Shown here piece after piece: positions 45,262 to 56,264 of a DNA stretch of 56,264 nt. Every line of letters starts with the position of its first letter. The stretch's first letter is position 1. Position numbers and translations under genes: made by a program. The notes beneath the pieces were generated by a model. The model saw only the letters and a program-made list of their open reading frames with translations, did not search any database and was not told the DNA's origin. The DNA comes from an uncultured Vicinamibacterales bacterium (GTDB lineage Bacteria > Acidobacteriota > Vicinamibacteria > Vicinamibacterales > 2-12-FULL-66-21): contig CAYZBZ010000003.1 in NCBI GenBank assembly GCA_964476725.1, positions 1,849-58,112 on the forward strand, in the 5' to 3' direction.

Positions 45262-45900
45262 CTACTTCCCGACCGCAAACGGCGCCACCGCGATCGTGGC
45301 GTCCCATGCGATCGCGAGCTTGCCGCTGTTCTGCGTGACGTCGGAGAAGAAGATCGTCAGCTGATCGATGCGCATCGAAAGGCTCGGGTCCACTTCCATG
45401 GGCGCGCGGAGGACGTCCTTGTCGGGTGTGTAGCCGGCCGAACCGTAGAGCGCGGTCTTGTCGTCGGGGTTGAATTCCTTCTGCGCCGGCCAGTTCGAGA
45501 AAATGAGCGTCCACGCGCGCTCCTTCAGGTCGACGAGCATGCTGTACTCACCCGCAGGCAGGGTCTTGCCGTCAAAGACCAGCGGCACTTCCGTCTTGAA
45601 ACGCGTCGTCTGATTCGCTCCGACGCGCCACACCGGCGCGGCGCCTGTCACGAGCTTGCCGTAGTCGGCGCCCGTTCCGAAAATACTGGCGCGCTGTCGA
45701 AGCATCGGACGGCTGTAAGTGACCTCAATCCACTTGCCTCCCTGATAGGTGGGACTGCCGTCGGCGTTCTTCGTCCACTGGCCGCCAACCATCGTCGTGG
45801 CCGTTCCGGGAGGGCTGAGGGGGCGCTGCTGCTGTGCGGACAACGCGACGACGCTCGTGGCGACGATCAACAGGGCGAACAAAAGAATCAGGCGTTTCAT
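45262..45900 (-). CDS. DUF2911-family exported protein
   Basis: Strong RBS GAGGAGG. Signal MKRLILLFALLIVATSVVALSAQ. IEVTYSRP ... WRVGANQTT ... LPAGEYSM ... WTLIF match my memory of DUF2911. Confidence 0.7.
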   Translation of the reverse strand: MKRLILLFALLIVATSVVALSAQQQRPLSPPGTATTMVGGQWTKNADGSPTYQGGKWIEVTYSRPMLRQRASIFGTGADYGKLVTGAAPVWRVGANQTTRFKTEVPLVFDGKTLPAGEYSMLVDLKERAWTLIFSNWPAQKEFNPDDKTALYGSAGYTPDKDVLRAPMEVDPSLSMRIDQLTIFFSDVTQNSGKLAIAWDATIAVAPFAVGK

Positions 45901-46120
45901 TATCGGGGTCCTCCTCTACGGACGATGGGCCACCCTGACGAACTCGAGATCGATGGCCCGGCTCATCGACAAGCGTGAAAATACCGCGAAACGCCGGCAC
46001 GAGCAAGCCATCGGCGAAACGCGGACGACGCAGTACCAGCCGGCCCTCGACAACCTGCCGGTGGAAGGACACGGCAGCGCCAGGATCGCGCACGGCGACC
46101 GAGAGACGAGAGGACGCGAT

Positions 46121-46579
46121 CTACTTGACCTGAATCGATTCGATGTAGTCCACGAGGTTCTTCACACGGAGCATCGTCACGCCCCTGTCAGGCTGCAGCG
46201 AGCGGAACACCGGTCCCCACATCGGCATGTCGCTGGTGCCGTGCGAGCTCGGCCACTTGTTCGTTCCGCTGATCGTATTCCGGACGTCCAGGGCGCTGAA
46301 CTTGCCGCCGCTCTTCTTCGCGAGGATCGTCAGGTCCGGCACCTTCGCCTTCAGCGCCTCGGCCGCCGGCCCGGCGCCCCTGGCGTCTTTGCCGTGGCAC
46401 ACGGCGCAGTACGCCGCGAAGTTCTCCTTGCCCTCGATCGAGTCGATCGGGCGCGCCCCGACGAGCTTGATCGTGGGCTTTGGCTTCTCGCCCTGCGCTT
46501 GCGGGGCAGCAGAGAGCGTCAAGCCCAGGCCGAGCATGCCCATCAGAGCCAATCCGGTTTTCCAGTACGCGCGCGTCAT
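46121..46579 (-). CDS. Monohaem c-type cytochrome, exported
   Basis: Signal peptide, CAVCHGKDARG haem motif and a downstream DMPMWG Met ligand segment. Confidence 0.85.
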   Translation of the reverse strand: MTRAYWKTGLALMGMLGLGLTLSAAPQAQGEKPKPTIKLVGARPIDSIEGKENFAAYCAVCHGKDARGAGPAAEALKAKVPDLTILAKKSGGKFSALDVRNTISGTNKWPSSHGTSDMPMWGPVFRSLQPDRGVTMLRVKNLVDYIESIQVK

Positions 46580-46594
46580 GGGGACCTCCTAACG

Positions 46595-47092
46595 TCAGTC
46601 GATTGCCGCATCTGCGTTCTTCTGTCTTGAACCCGGATCCAAGGCAGGTCGTTTTTCGATGGACTCCTTGAGGTCTGCGAGGTCACGGCTGATCACGTCC
46701 CGCACCTTGCCGGCGATGGCCCACCCCAGTGGTGCCAACGACCCGGGAGGAAGCCCGTGGCTTTCGAGAGCGAACTCAATCCGAACCTTGGTGCTGTCTT
46801 CGAAAGGCTCGAACGTGAACACCGTATCGATCCGCGCGCCGGCCTTGTGATGCGTAATGGTATACGTGCGGTTCCGCTCGAACGCCGTCACTTGCATCTC
46901 GGCCGAATCCAACCGGCCCAGCACCTCGCGTGTCTCCAACCACCGCGTCCCCAACTGGAATCCTCCAGTTGTCAGCACCTCGATCTTCTGGATGTTCGAT
47001 ACGCGCTCGGCCCCGTGTTCGAGGTCCGTGAACGCTTCAAACACCCGCTCGACCGGAGCCGCGACCTGTGTGGCCACCGTTACCGTCGTCAT
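46595..47092 (-). CDS. SRPBCC (START/polyketide-cyclase-like) family protein
   Basis: Start moved to ATG 47092 (AAGGAG 8 nt upstream). VTVATQVAAPVERVFEAFTDLE ... is the typical SRPBCC N-terminus. It lies 15 nt upstream of the cytochrome c gene. Confidence 0.75.
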   Translation of the reverse strand: MTTVTVATQVAAPVERVFEAFTDLEHGAERVSNIQKIEVLTTGGFQLGTRWLETREVLGRLDSAEMQVTAFERNRTYTITHHKAGARIDTVFTFEPFEDSTKVRIEFALESHGLPPGSLAPLGWAIAGKVRDVISRDLADLKESIEKRPALDPGSRQKNADAAID

Positions 47093-47193
47093 TGTGTTAT
47101 CTCCTTCCATCGATCGCCTGGGGCCGAAACAGCGGGCCTGATCCGCTTTGGTGGACAGGTTGACTACGCCGTTTGATCAGGTCTTCGTTCTTC

Positions 47194-47361
47194 TCAATAG
47201 GAAAAAGATGACGGGTCCATACCCTCTGCAACCGCGCGTCGCTCGAAGGCTGCGGGACTGATCCGCCCGAGCGCTCATTGTCGACGCCATTGGTTATAGA
47301 ACACTTCGATGTAGTCAGACAAGGCCATCTTGGCGTGGCCGATTTGGTCCCGCAGGTTTAT
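47194..47361 (-). mobile_element. C-terminal remnant of an IS3-family transposase (rve integrase end) with an in-frame stop
   Basis: The minus strand reads INLRDQIGHAKMALSDYIEVFYNQWRRQ-stop-ALGRISPAAFERRAVAEG. Compare the canonical IS3 OrfB end ..A....DYIE.FYN..RRHSALGY.SP..FE. The internal TGA is at 47275-47277. No upstream catalytic DDE region or inverted repeats were seen. Confidence 0.65.
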
Positions 47362-47499
47362 TTAGGTAAGCTGAACTCATCGCCTGGGCATCGTCGAGCG
47401 GCGCCGATGCGCCAGACGCCAATGCGTAACCCTGCGGATCCGTGTGGCGCCTCACCCGCGCGGAACGACGCGCCTGCCTCGGTGTTCCGGGAGAAATGT

Positions 47500-51114
<3,615 letters not shown>

Positions 51115-51116
51115 CG

Positions 51117-52109
51117 ATGGACCTCAGTACGGAGTATCTCGGGATGAAGCTGCCCCATCCGCTGGTGGCCGGAGCGTCGCCGCTGGCCGATGACCTCGAC
51201 GGTATCAAACGCCTCGAAGACGCCGGCGCCGCGGCCATCGTCCTGCGATCGCTTTTCGAAGAGCAGATCACACGGGAGCAGATGTCGGAGTACATCAATC
51301 TCGACAGCCACGGAGAATCGTTCGCTGAGGCCGCCAGCTACTTTCCCAGCCCCCACGCCTTCGCCCTGGGCCCCTTCGAGTACCTGGATCACGTACGACG
51401 GGCGAAGGAAGCGGTCCGCATTCCCGTCATGGCGTCGCTGAACGGCGCAACGCCAGGCGGCTGGATCGAATACGCCTGTCTGATGGCGCAAGCCGGCGCG
51501 GACGCGCTGGAGCTGAACCTCTATCGCATCGCGACCGACCCGGAGACGACCAGCGCGGGAATTGAGCGCCAGGTTATTGAAACGGTACGGGAGGTGAAAA
51601 AGGCCGTCACGATCCCGGTGGCCGTCAAACTGTCCCCGTTCTATACCGCGTTCGCCCACCTCGCCAGGGAGCTCGACCGGACCGGTGCCGATGGGCTGGT
51701 CCTCTTCAACCGTTTCTACCAACCCGACATCGACGCAGAGGAGCTGACCGCCACGCGCACGCTTCACCTCTCGGATTCCTCAGAATTGCGCCTTCGCCTG
51801 CACTGGATGGCGATCCTCTCCGGGCGCGTCCGGGCGTCGCTTGCGGTCACCGGCGGCGTGCACACCGCGCTCGACGTCGTCAAGGCCACGATGGCCGGTG
51901 CACATGTCACGCAGATGGTATCGGCGCTCCTGATGCACGGGCCTGTGCATCTCCGAACGGTGCTGGACGACCTCGCGGTGTGGATGCAGGAGCACGAGTG
52001 GGACTCGCTCGCCGAGATGCGGGGCAACATGAGCCTCTCCAGGGTTCCCGACCCCGACGCGTACGAACGGGCGAATTACATGCTCATGCTGCATAGTTGG
52101 CGAGCCTGA
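51117..52109 (+). CDS. Dihydroorotate dehydrogenase-like (class 1 DHOD fold) protein commonly paired with PFOR
   Basis: 330-aa ORF starting 3 nt after the nifJ stop. LGMKLPHPLVAGASPL, VMASLNG, ELNLY and VAVKLSPF strings indicate a DHOD-like TIM barrel. Confidence 0.8.
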   Translation: MDLSTEYLGMKLPHPLVAGASPLADDLDGIKRLEDAGAAAIVLRSLFEEQITREQMSEYINLDSHGESFAEAASYFPSPHAFALGPFEYLDHVRRAKEAVRIPVMASLNGATPGGWIEYACLMAQAGADALELNLYRIATDPETTSAGIERQVIETVREVKKAVTIPVAVKLSPFYTAFAHLARELDRTGADGLVLFNRFYQPDIDAEELTATRTLHLSDSSELRLRLHWMAILSGRVRASLAVTGGVHTALDVVKATMAGAHVTQMVSALLMHGPVHLRTVLDDLAVWMQEHEWDSLAEMRGNMSLSRVPDPDAYERANYMLMLHSWRA

Positions 52110-52241
52110 CGCGCCGCGGACGCCGCTGAGCGTCCAGACACGATCGCGGTCGCGAGACGCGCTTCCCGCTCCTGCGACTGTCCGATTTCCAGGTGAGTCG
52201 ACCTGGCCCCTCCGAGGTCGGCTCCCCCACGCGGCCGCCTC

Positions 52242-52761
52242 TCAGCGAGTCGTCTCCTTCTGATCGTTGATTTCCATGAGCCAGTGGCGAGGAGCGCAGC
52301 GCTCCCCGCACTGGCATTCGTCCACGTCGTGCCGCCGTCGGTCGACTCGATCACACGCATCGCCGTCCCGATCGGCGCTTCGTTGCCGACGTACATCGTC
52401 GTGTTGCTCGCGTAAGCGAGCGTCGCGTTGAAACCCGGCCACGGTGCGGCCACTACGGTCAGGACTCGATTGTTGAAGCTCGCGCCGCCGTCGTTGGTGA
52501 ACCAGAGATTGCCGCTGATGCGCGCGGCGTCGCGAGCGCGGTGTTGAAGTAGGTCAGGGCGGGGTCGAAGAACTCGGCGATCCCGGTCCATCCCACGAGC
52601 CATTTCGACTGCGTGTTCGGCGGATTCCTGACGTTGCGGAGGATGAACGAGTAATACACGCTGCCGAGGCTGACGAGATCGTCCGCCTGGCTCCAGCCCA
52701 CGCCGAACCCGTCGCCGCCGAAGACCTGGTTGTATGTGCCGCTGGCCGACGACGTGCTCAT
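52242..52761 (-). pseudogene. Frameshifted fragment of a BNR/Asp-box beta-propeller (sialidase-like) protein
   Basis: Frame 1 (52761 to about 52545) reads GTYNQVFGGDGFGVGWSQADDLVSLGSVYYSF ... WLVGWTGIAEFFDPALTYFNTALA. Frame 2 reads NLWFTNDGGASFNNRVLTV ... MRVIESTDGGTTWTNASAG, with the Asp-box SxDxGxTW. Only about 165 aa survive, and the 3' end is undefined. Confidence 0.5.
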
Positions 52762-52890
52762 CGGCCATCATAAGACCGATTCGATACGTATCACGCTGGC
52801 GGCCATGTTCCGCGGGCGGGTGTTGCCGCGTAAGGTCGAACTGGGAGTGAGTGAACCTTTGCAGGCCTCTATATACTCTGACCGCATTCA

Positions 52891-54024
52891 ATGAAGCGAT
52901 TCGTGCTGTTGCTCGCCCTCTGTGTACTAGGCAGAGAATCCACTCAGGTGATGGCCCAGGACGAATCCCCGGCGTCTGGCCGCTCCGGTCCGCTCCCGGT
53001 ACAGCGGACGGGGCAGGACGTGTACCGCGCGGCCTGCCTCACCTGTCATGGCCCGGACGGCACCGGCTCGCCGAAATCGGTGATCGGCTTCGACGTCCCC
53101 CTGCCCGACTTCAGCGACTGTGCCTTCTCGACGGCCGAACCCGACCCGGATTGGCGCGCCGTCGTGCATGAAGGTGGCGCCATTCGCGGCCTTGACCGTC
53201 ACATGCCGGCCTTTGGCGACGCGCTGTCGCCGGACGATATCGCGCTGGCGATCAGTCATCTGCGCACGTTCTGCAAAGAGCCCGCATGGCCGCGCGGCGA
53301 CCTGAACTTGCCTCGCGCGTTCTTCACCGAGAAGGCGTTTCCCGAAAACGAGTCTGTCTGGGCCACGACGTTCACGGGTCGCGGGAAGAAGTCCGTCGGA
53401 AACGACCTGATCTACGAACGGCGGCTCGGAGCCAGAAATCAGATCGAACTGGTCGCGCCCGTCAGTGTCCAGCAGGGGGCCGCGGGCGAGTGGAGCCGCG
53501 GGCTGGGGGACCTGGCTCTCGCGTTCAAGCGCACGGTGTATGCCAGCATGCGGACAGGGCGGATTGCGGCGGCCGGCATGGAAGTCATCCTGCCGACCGG
53601 CAAGGAGGAGCTCGGCCTCGGGAATGGGTACACAGTCTTCGAGCCGTTTGCGATGTGGGGCCAGATCTTGCCCCGCAGCTCGTTTCTGCAGATGCACGGC
53701 GGCGTGGAACTGCCCTCCGATTCCACTCGCGGCACCAGAGAAGCGTATCTGCGCACGGCCCTTGGGACCACCTTCGCACAGCACCGGGGCTTCGGCCGCG
53801 CGTGGTCGCCCCAGCTCGAAGTGCTGTGGGCGCGTCCGGAGCGGGGTGCTTCAGAGTGGGATGTCGTGCCGCAGGTGCAGGTGACGTTGTCGAAGCTCCA
53901 GCACGTCATGGTCGCCGCTGGTGTACGGCTTCCGCTCAGTCAGCGAGAGGAGCGACCCGCGCAGGCCCTGGTCTACCTGCTCTGGGATTGGTTCGACGGG
54001 GGTTTCTTCGAGTTCTGGAAATGA
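52891..54024 (+). CDS. Fusion protein: N-terminal monohaem cytochrome c domain + C-terminal MetA-like outer-membrane beta-barrel domain
   Basis: Signal peptide MKRFVLLLALCVLG. CLTCHGPDG haem motif with DRHMPAFG Met segment. About 250 aa of amphipathic strands follow, including GLGDLALAFKRTVY, AAAGMEVILPTGKEELGLGNGYTVFEPFAMWG, QLEVLWARP and VQVTLSKL. Aromatic C-terminus LWDWFDGGFFEFWK. Confidence 0.7.
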   Translation: MKRFVLLLALCVLGRESTQVMAQDESPASGRSGPLPVQRTGQDVYRAACLTCHGPDGTGSPKSVIGFDVPLPDFSDCAFSTAEPDPDWRAVVHEGGAIRGLDRHMPAFGDALSPDDIALAISHLRTFCKEPAWPRGDLNLPRAFFTEKAFPENESVWATTFTGRGKKSVGNDLIYERRLGARNQIELVAPVSVQQGAAGEWSRGLGDLALAFKRTVYASMRTGRIAAAGMEVILPTGKEELGLGNGYTVFEPFAMWGQILPRSSFLQMHGGVELPSDSTRGTREAYLRTALGTTFAQHRGFGRAWSPQLEVLWARPERGASEWDVVPQVQVTLSKLQHVMVAAGVRLPLSQREERPAQALVYLLWDWFDGGFFEFWK

Positions 54025-55697
54025 GCCTCATGAAGCGCGCCCTGTGCCTCGCTGCTGCGGTTTGGCTGTGCGCGGTCCTGTTCGCGACATTGCGCGCCGA
54101 CACGGCCCAGTCGCCCGGCGCCACGTTGTCGCCTCGACGCAACGCGCACGCCGACACCTCCATGTTTGCCCACTCCAGCGAATGCCTCGCGTGTCATAAC
54201 GACCTCGTCACGCCGAACGGGGAGGATGTCTCGATCGGTGCGAACTGGCGGGGCACCATGATGGCGAATGCCGCGCGCGACCCGTATGTGCAAGCCAGCG
54301 TGCGCCGAGAGACGATCGACCACCCGCTGCGCGCCGGGGACATCGAAGACGAGTGCGCCTCCTGCCACATGCCCGCGAGCCAGAAGATCGCGCGCGCGGC
54401 GGGCGGGAAGGGACAGGTCTTCGCCCATCTGTCGCGCGCCGCGGCTGGCGCACCGTCGGACCTGGACGATCTGGCGATCGACGGTGTGTCGTGCACGGTT
54501 TGTCACCAGATCGCGCGCGACCGCCTTGGCACGCCGGAGAGTTTCAACGGGAACTTCGTGGTGGCCGCGCCGCTCGCCAACGGCAAGCGGCGCGCCTTCG
54601 GCCCGTCCGAGCCTGACGCCGGGCGGCGTCGCATCATGCATTCGGTGACGGGATTCGAGCAGGAGCAAGCGACGCATATTCGTGAGTCGGAGCTGTGCGC
54701 CACCTGCCACACGCTCATCACGGACGCGATAGGTGCGGATGGCCGGGTGATCGGCTCCTTGCCCGAGCAGATGAGCTACCAGGAGTGGCGCCACAGCGCA
54801 TTCCTGCAGGAGCAGCGCAGTTGCCAGTCGTGCCACATGCCGCGGGCGCAAGGTCCTGTGCGCATCGCCTCGGTGCTCGGTGACTATCGCGACAGCCTCT
54901 CCCGCCACACGCTCGTCGGCGGCAATGCGTTCATGCTCAGACTGCTGAATCGCTACCGGGCCGAACTGGGGGTCGAGGCGACGTCGGCGGAACTGGAAGC
55001 CACGGCGCGGGCGACCGTTCGTCAGCTCGAACAGGAGACGGCGACCGTAGCCGTCGAGAGTGCCGCCCTGGGCAAGGGCACGCTGGCGGTTGATGTCGTG
55101 GTGAGGAATTTGACGGGACACAAGTTTCCGACCGGGTATCCGTCGCGTCGCACGTGGCTGCACCTTGTCGTGCGAGACACGCAGGGTCGTACGCTGTTCG
55201 AGTCCGGACGCGTGACCGAGGCGGGACTCATCGAAGGCAACACGAGTGACGCGGCCGACGACACCTTCGAGCCGCACTACGAGGAGATCACGAAGCCTGA
55301 CGAGGTGCAGATCTACGAGTCGATCATGGGAACACCGGCCGGGCTGCCAACCACCGGCCTGCTCCGGGCGACCCAGTACCTCAAGGACAACCGGCTGTTG
55401 CCGCGGGGGTTCGACAAACGGACGGCGTCGGCGCAGATCGGGGTCTTCGGCGGTGCAGCGGCCGATGAGGACTTCACGGGCGATAGCGATCGCGTGCGTT
55501 ACCGTATTCCCGCCAGCGCGACCGGACCAGTGACCGTCCAGGTCGAACTGCGGTACCAGGCGATCGGCTACCGCTGGGCTCAAAATCTTGTGTCGTACGA
55601 CGCGCCCGAGCCCAGGAAGTTCGTCGGCTACTACAACAGTCTCGCCTCGTCTTCGTCCGTCGTGGTCGCGCGGGTCTCACGGAGCGTGGGGCCCTGA
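54021..55697 (+). CDS. Exported pentahaem c-type cytochrome
   Basis: The ATG overlaps the upstream stop (ATGA at 54021-54024). Signal MSLMKRALCLAAAVWLCAVLFA. Five CxxCH motifs: CLACH, CASCH, CTVCH, CATCH, CQSCH. The C-terminal half has NLTGHKFPTGYPSRRTWL. Confidence 0.85.
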   Translation: MSLMKRALCLAAAVWLCAVLFATLRADTAQSPGATLSPRRNAHADTSMFAHSSECLACHNDLVTPNGEDVSIGANWRGTMMANAARDPYVQASVRRETIDHPLRAGDIEDECASCHMPASQKIARAAGGKGQVFAHLSRAAAGAPSDLDDLAIDGVSCTVCHQIARDRLGTPESFNGNFVVAAPLANGKRRAFGPSEPDAGRRRIMHSVTGFEQEQATHIRESELCATCHTLITDAIGADGRVIGSLPEQMSYQEWRHSAFLQEQRSCQSCHMPRAQGPVRIASVLGDYRDSLSRHTLVGGNAFMLRLLNRYRAELGVEATSAELEATARATVRQLEQETATVAVESAALGKGTLAVDVVVRNLTGHKFPTGYPSRRTWLHLVVRDTQGRTLFESGRVTEAGLIEGNTSDAADDTFEPHYEEITKPDEVQIYESIMGTPAGLPTTGLLRATQYLKDNRLLPRGFDKRTASAQIGVFGGAAADEDFTGDSDRVRYRIPASATGPVTVQVELRYQAIGYRWAQNLVSYDAPEPRKFVGYYNSLASSSSVVVARVSRSVGP

Positions 55698-55760
55698 GGT
55701 GCCACTTCTTTGAGGCCTTCGATTGACTCGGCAACGACTTCGACGTCATCCTGCCTCTAT

Positions 55761-56264
55761 ATGAACACCGAGAATACCAGCGAGTGGGGCTCACGCAGTC
55801 ACATCCACGTGCTCGCGCTGATGGCGGCAACCGCCCTCGGCATCTATCTCTGCTACCGGATGGCCCTGCCATTCGTGCCAGCGCTGACCTGGGCGCTGGC
55901 GCTGGCAGTCTTGTTCATGCCGGTCCACCGGTGGCTGGAGTCCACGGTGAAACACTCCAACCTGGCGGCGTCGGTCTCCGTCCTGGTGATCGGCCTGATC
56001 GTGGTCGTGCCTGCGACGTTCGTGGGGCAACGGCTCGTCTCGGAAGCCGTGACAGGTGCGGACACCATCAGGGCCAGGGTCGAGTCCGGGGAGTGGCAGC
56101 CCGTCCTCGCTGTCCACCCGCGCGTCGCGCCCATCGCCCAATGGATCGAGCGGCGGATTGACCTGCCGGGAACCATCAGCACGATCGCTGCCTGGCTGAC
56201 CAATGCCACCGCGTCCTTCGTCAGGGGCTCCGTGATTCAAGCGATCGGCGTGCTCCTGACGTTC
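55761..56264 (+). CDS. AI-2E family (PerM/UPF0118) transporter, 5' partial (runs off the window)
   Basis: The frame is open from ATG 55761 to the window end. MALPFVPALTWALALAVLFMPVHRWL ... SVSVLVIGLIVVVPATFVG is the typical AI-2E N-terminal TM pattern. Confidence 0.7.
   Translation, partial: MNTENTSEWGSRSHIHVLALMAATALGIYLCYRMALPFVPALTWALALAVLFMPVHRWLESTVKHSNLAASVSVLVIGLIVVVPATFVGQRLVSEAVTGADTIRARVESGEWQPVLAVHPRVAPIAQWIERRIDLPGTISTIAAWLTNATASFVRGSVIQAIGVLLTF

Noticed and set aside
45901-46120. 220-nt gap between the DUF2911 and cytochrome c genes containing a plus-strand ORF start (MARLIDKRENTAKRRHEQAIGE...) with high GC3.
   Set aside because: The ORF continues antisense through the cytochrome c gene and has no motif or RBS. 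It may be another gene fossil, but this is not supportable.

Overview
High-GC bacterial chromosomal segment, about two-thirds G+C by hand count of a few lines. Gene content points to Acidobacteriota: an ADOP-type duplicated FtsX permease, a TPR+CRTAC1 pair, a PEP-CTERM cargo protein, a giant Ser/Thr kinase-TPR protein, and many Tat/Sec-exported Gfo/Idh/MocA, xylose-isomerase-like TIM-barrel and amidohydrolase enzymes. I support about 45 coding genes, about 10 decayed or frameshifted genes, several hairpins and short repeat arrays, and one IS3-family transposase remnant. I saw no rRNA, tRNA, CRISPR array, intact mobile element or recognisable phage/defence gene. Most interesting items: (1) a monoheme cytochrome c fused to a small MetA-like outer-membrane beta-barrel, translationally coupled to a pentaheme cytochrome (52.9-55.7 kb); (2) a cluster of predicted exported enzymes that would make a periplasmic oxidative sugar-acid route (Tat-signal ManD-type dehydratase, PQQ dehydrogenase with an apparent non-AUG start, dihaem cytochrome c-LamG fusion, TIM-barrel, amidohydrolase; 13.2-20.8 kb); (3) a lower-GC accessory island (about 30.4-37.7 kb) with a PEP-CTERM protein, an ATP-grasp/GT4 pair, a decayed GT4 paralog, a split BKACE-GNAT pair and a multiply frameshifted GT-C glycosyltransferase; (4) a His-kinase / Ser-Thr-kinase / REC-HATPase signalling node (37.7-45.1 kb); (5) recurring intergenic GTTCC(G)- and CTTCAGCC-based repeat and palindrome motifs. 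All family names come from reading the translations and from memory of family signatures; no database search was run.
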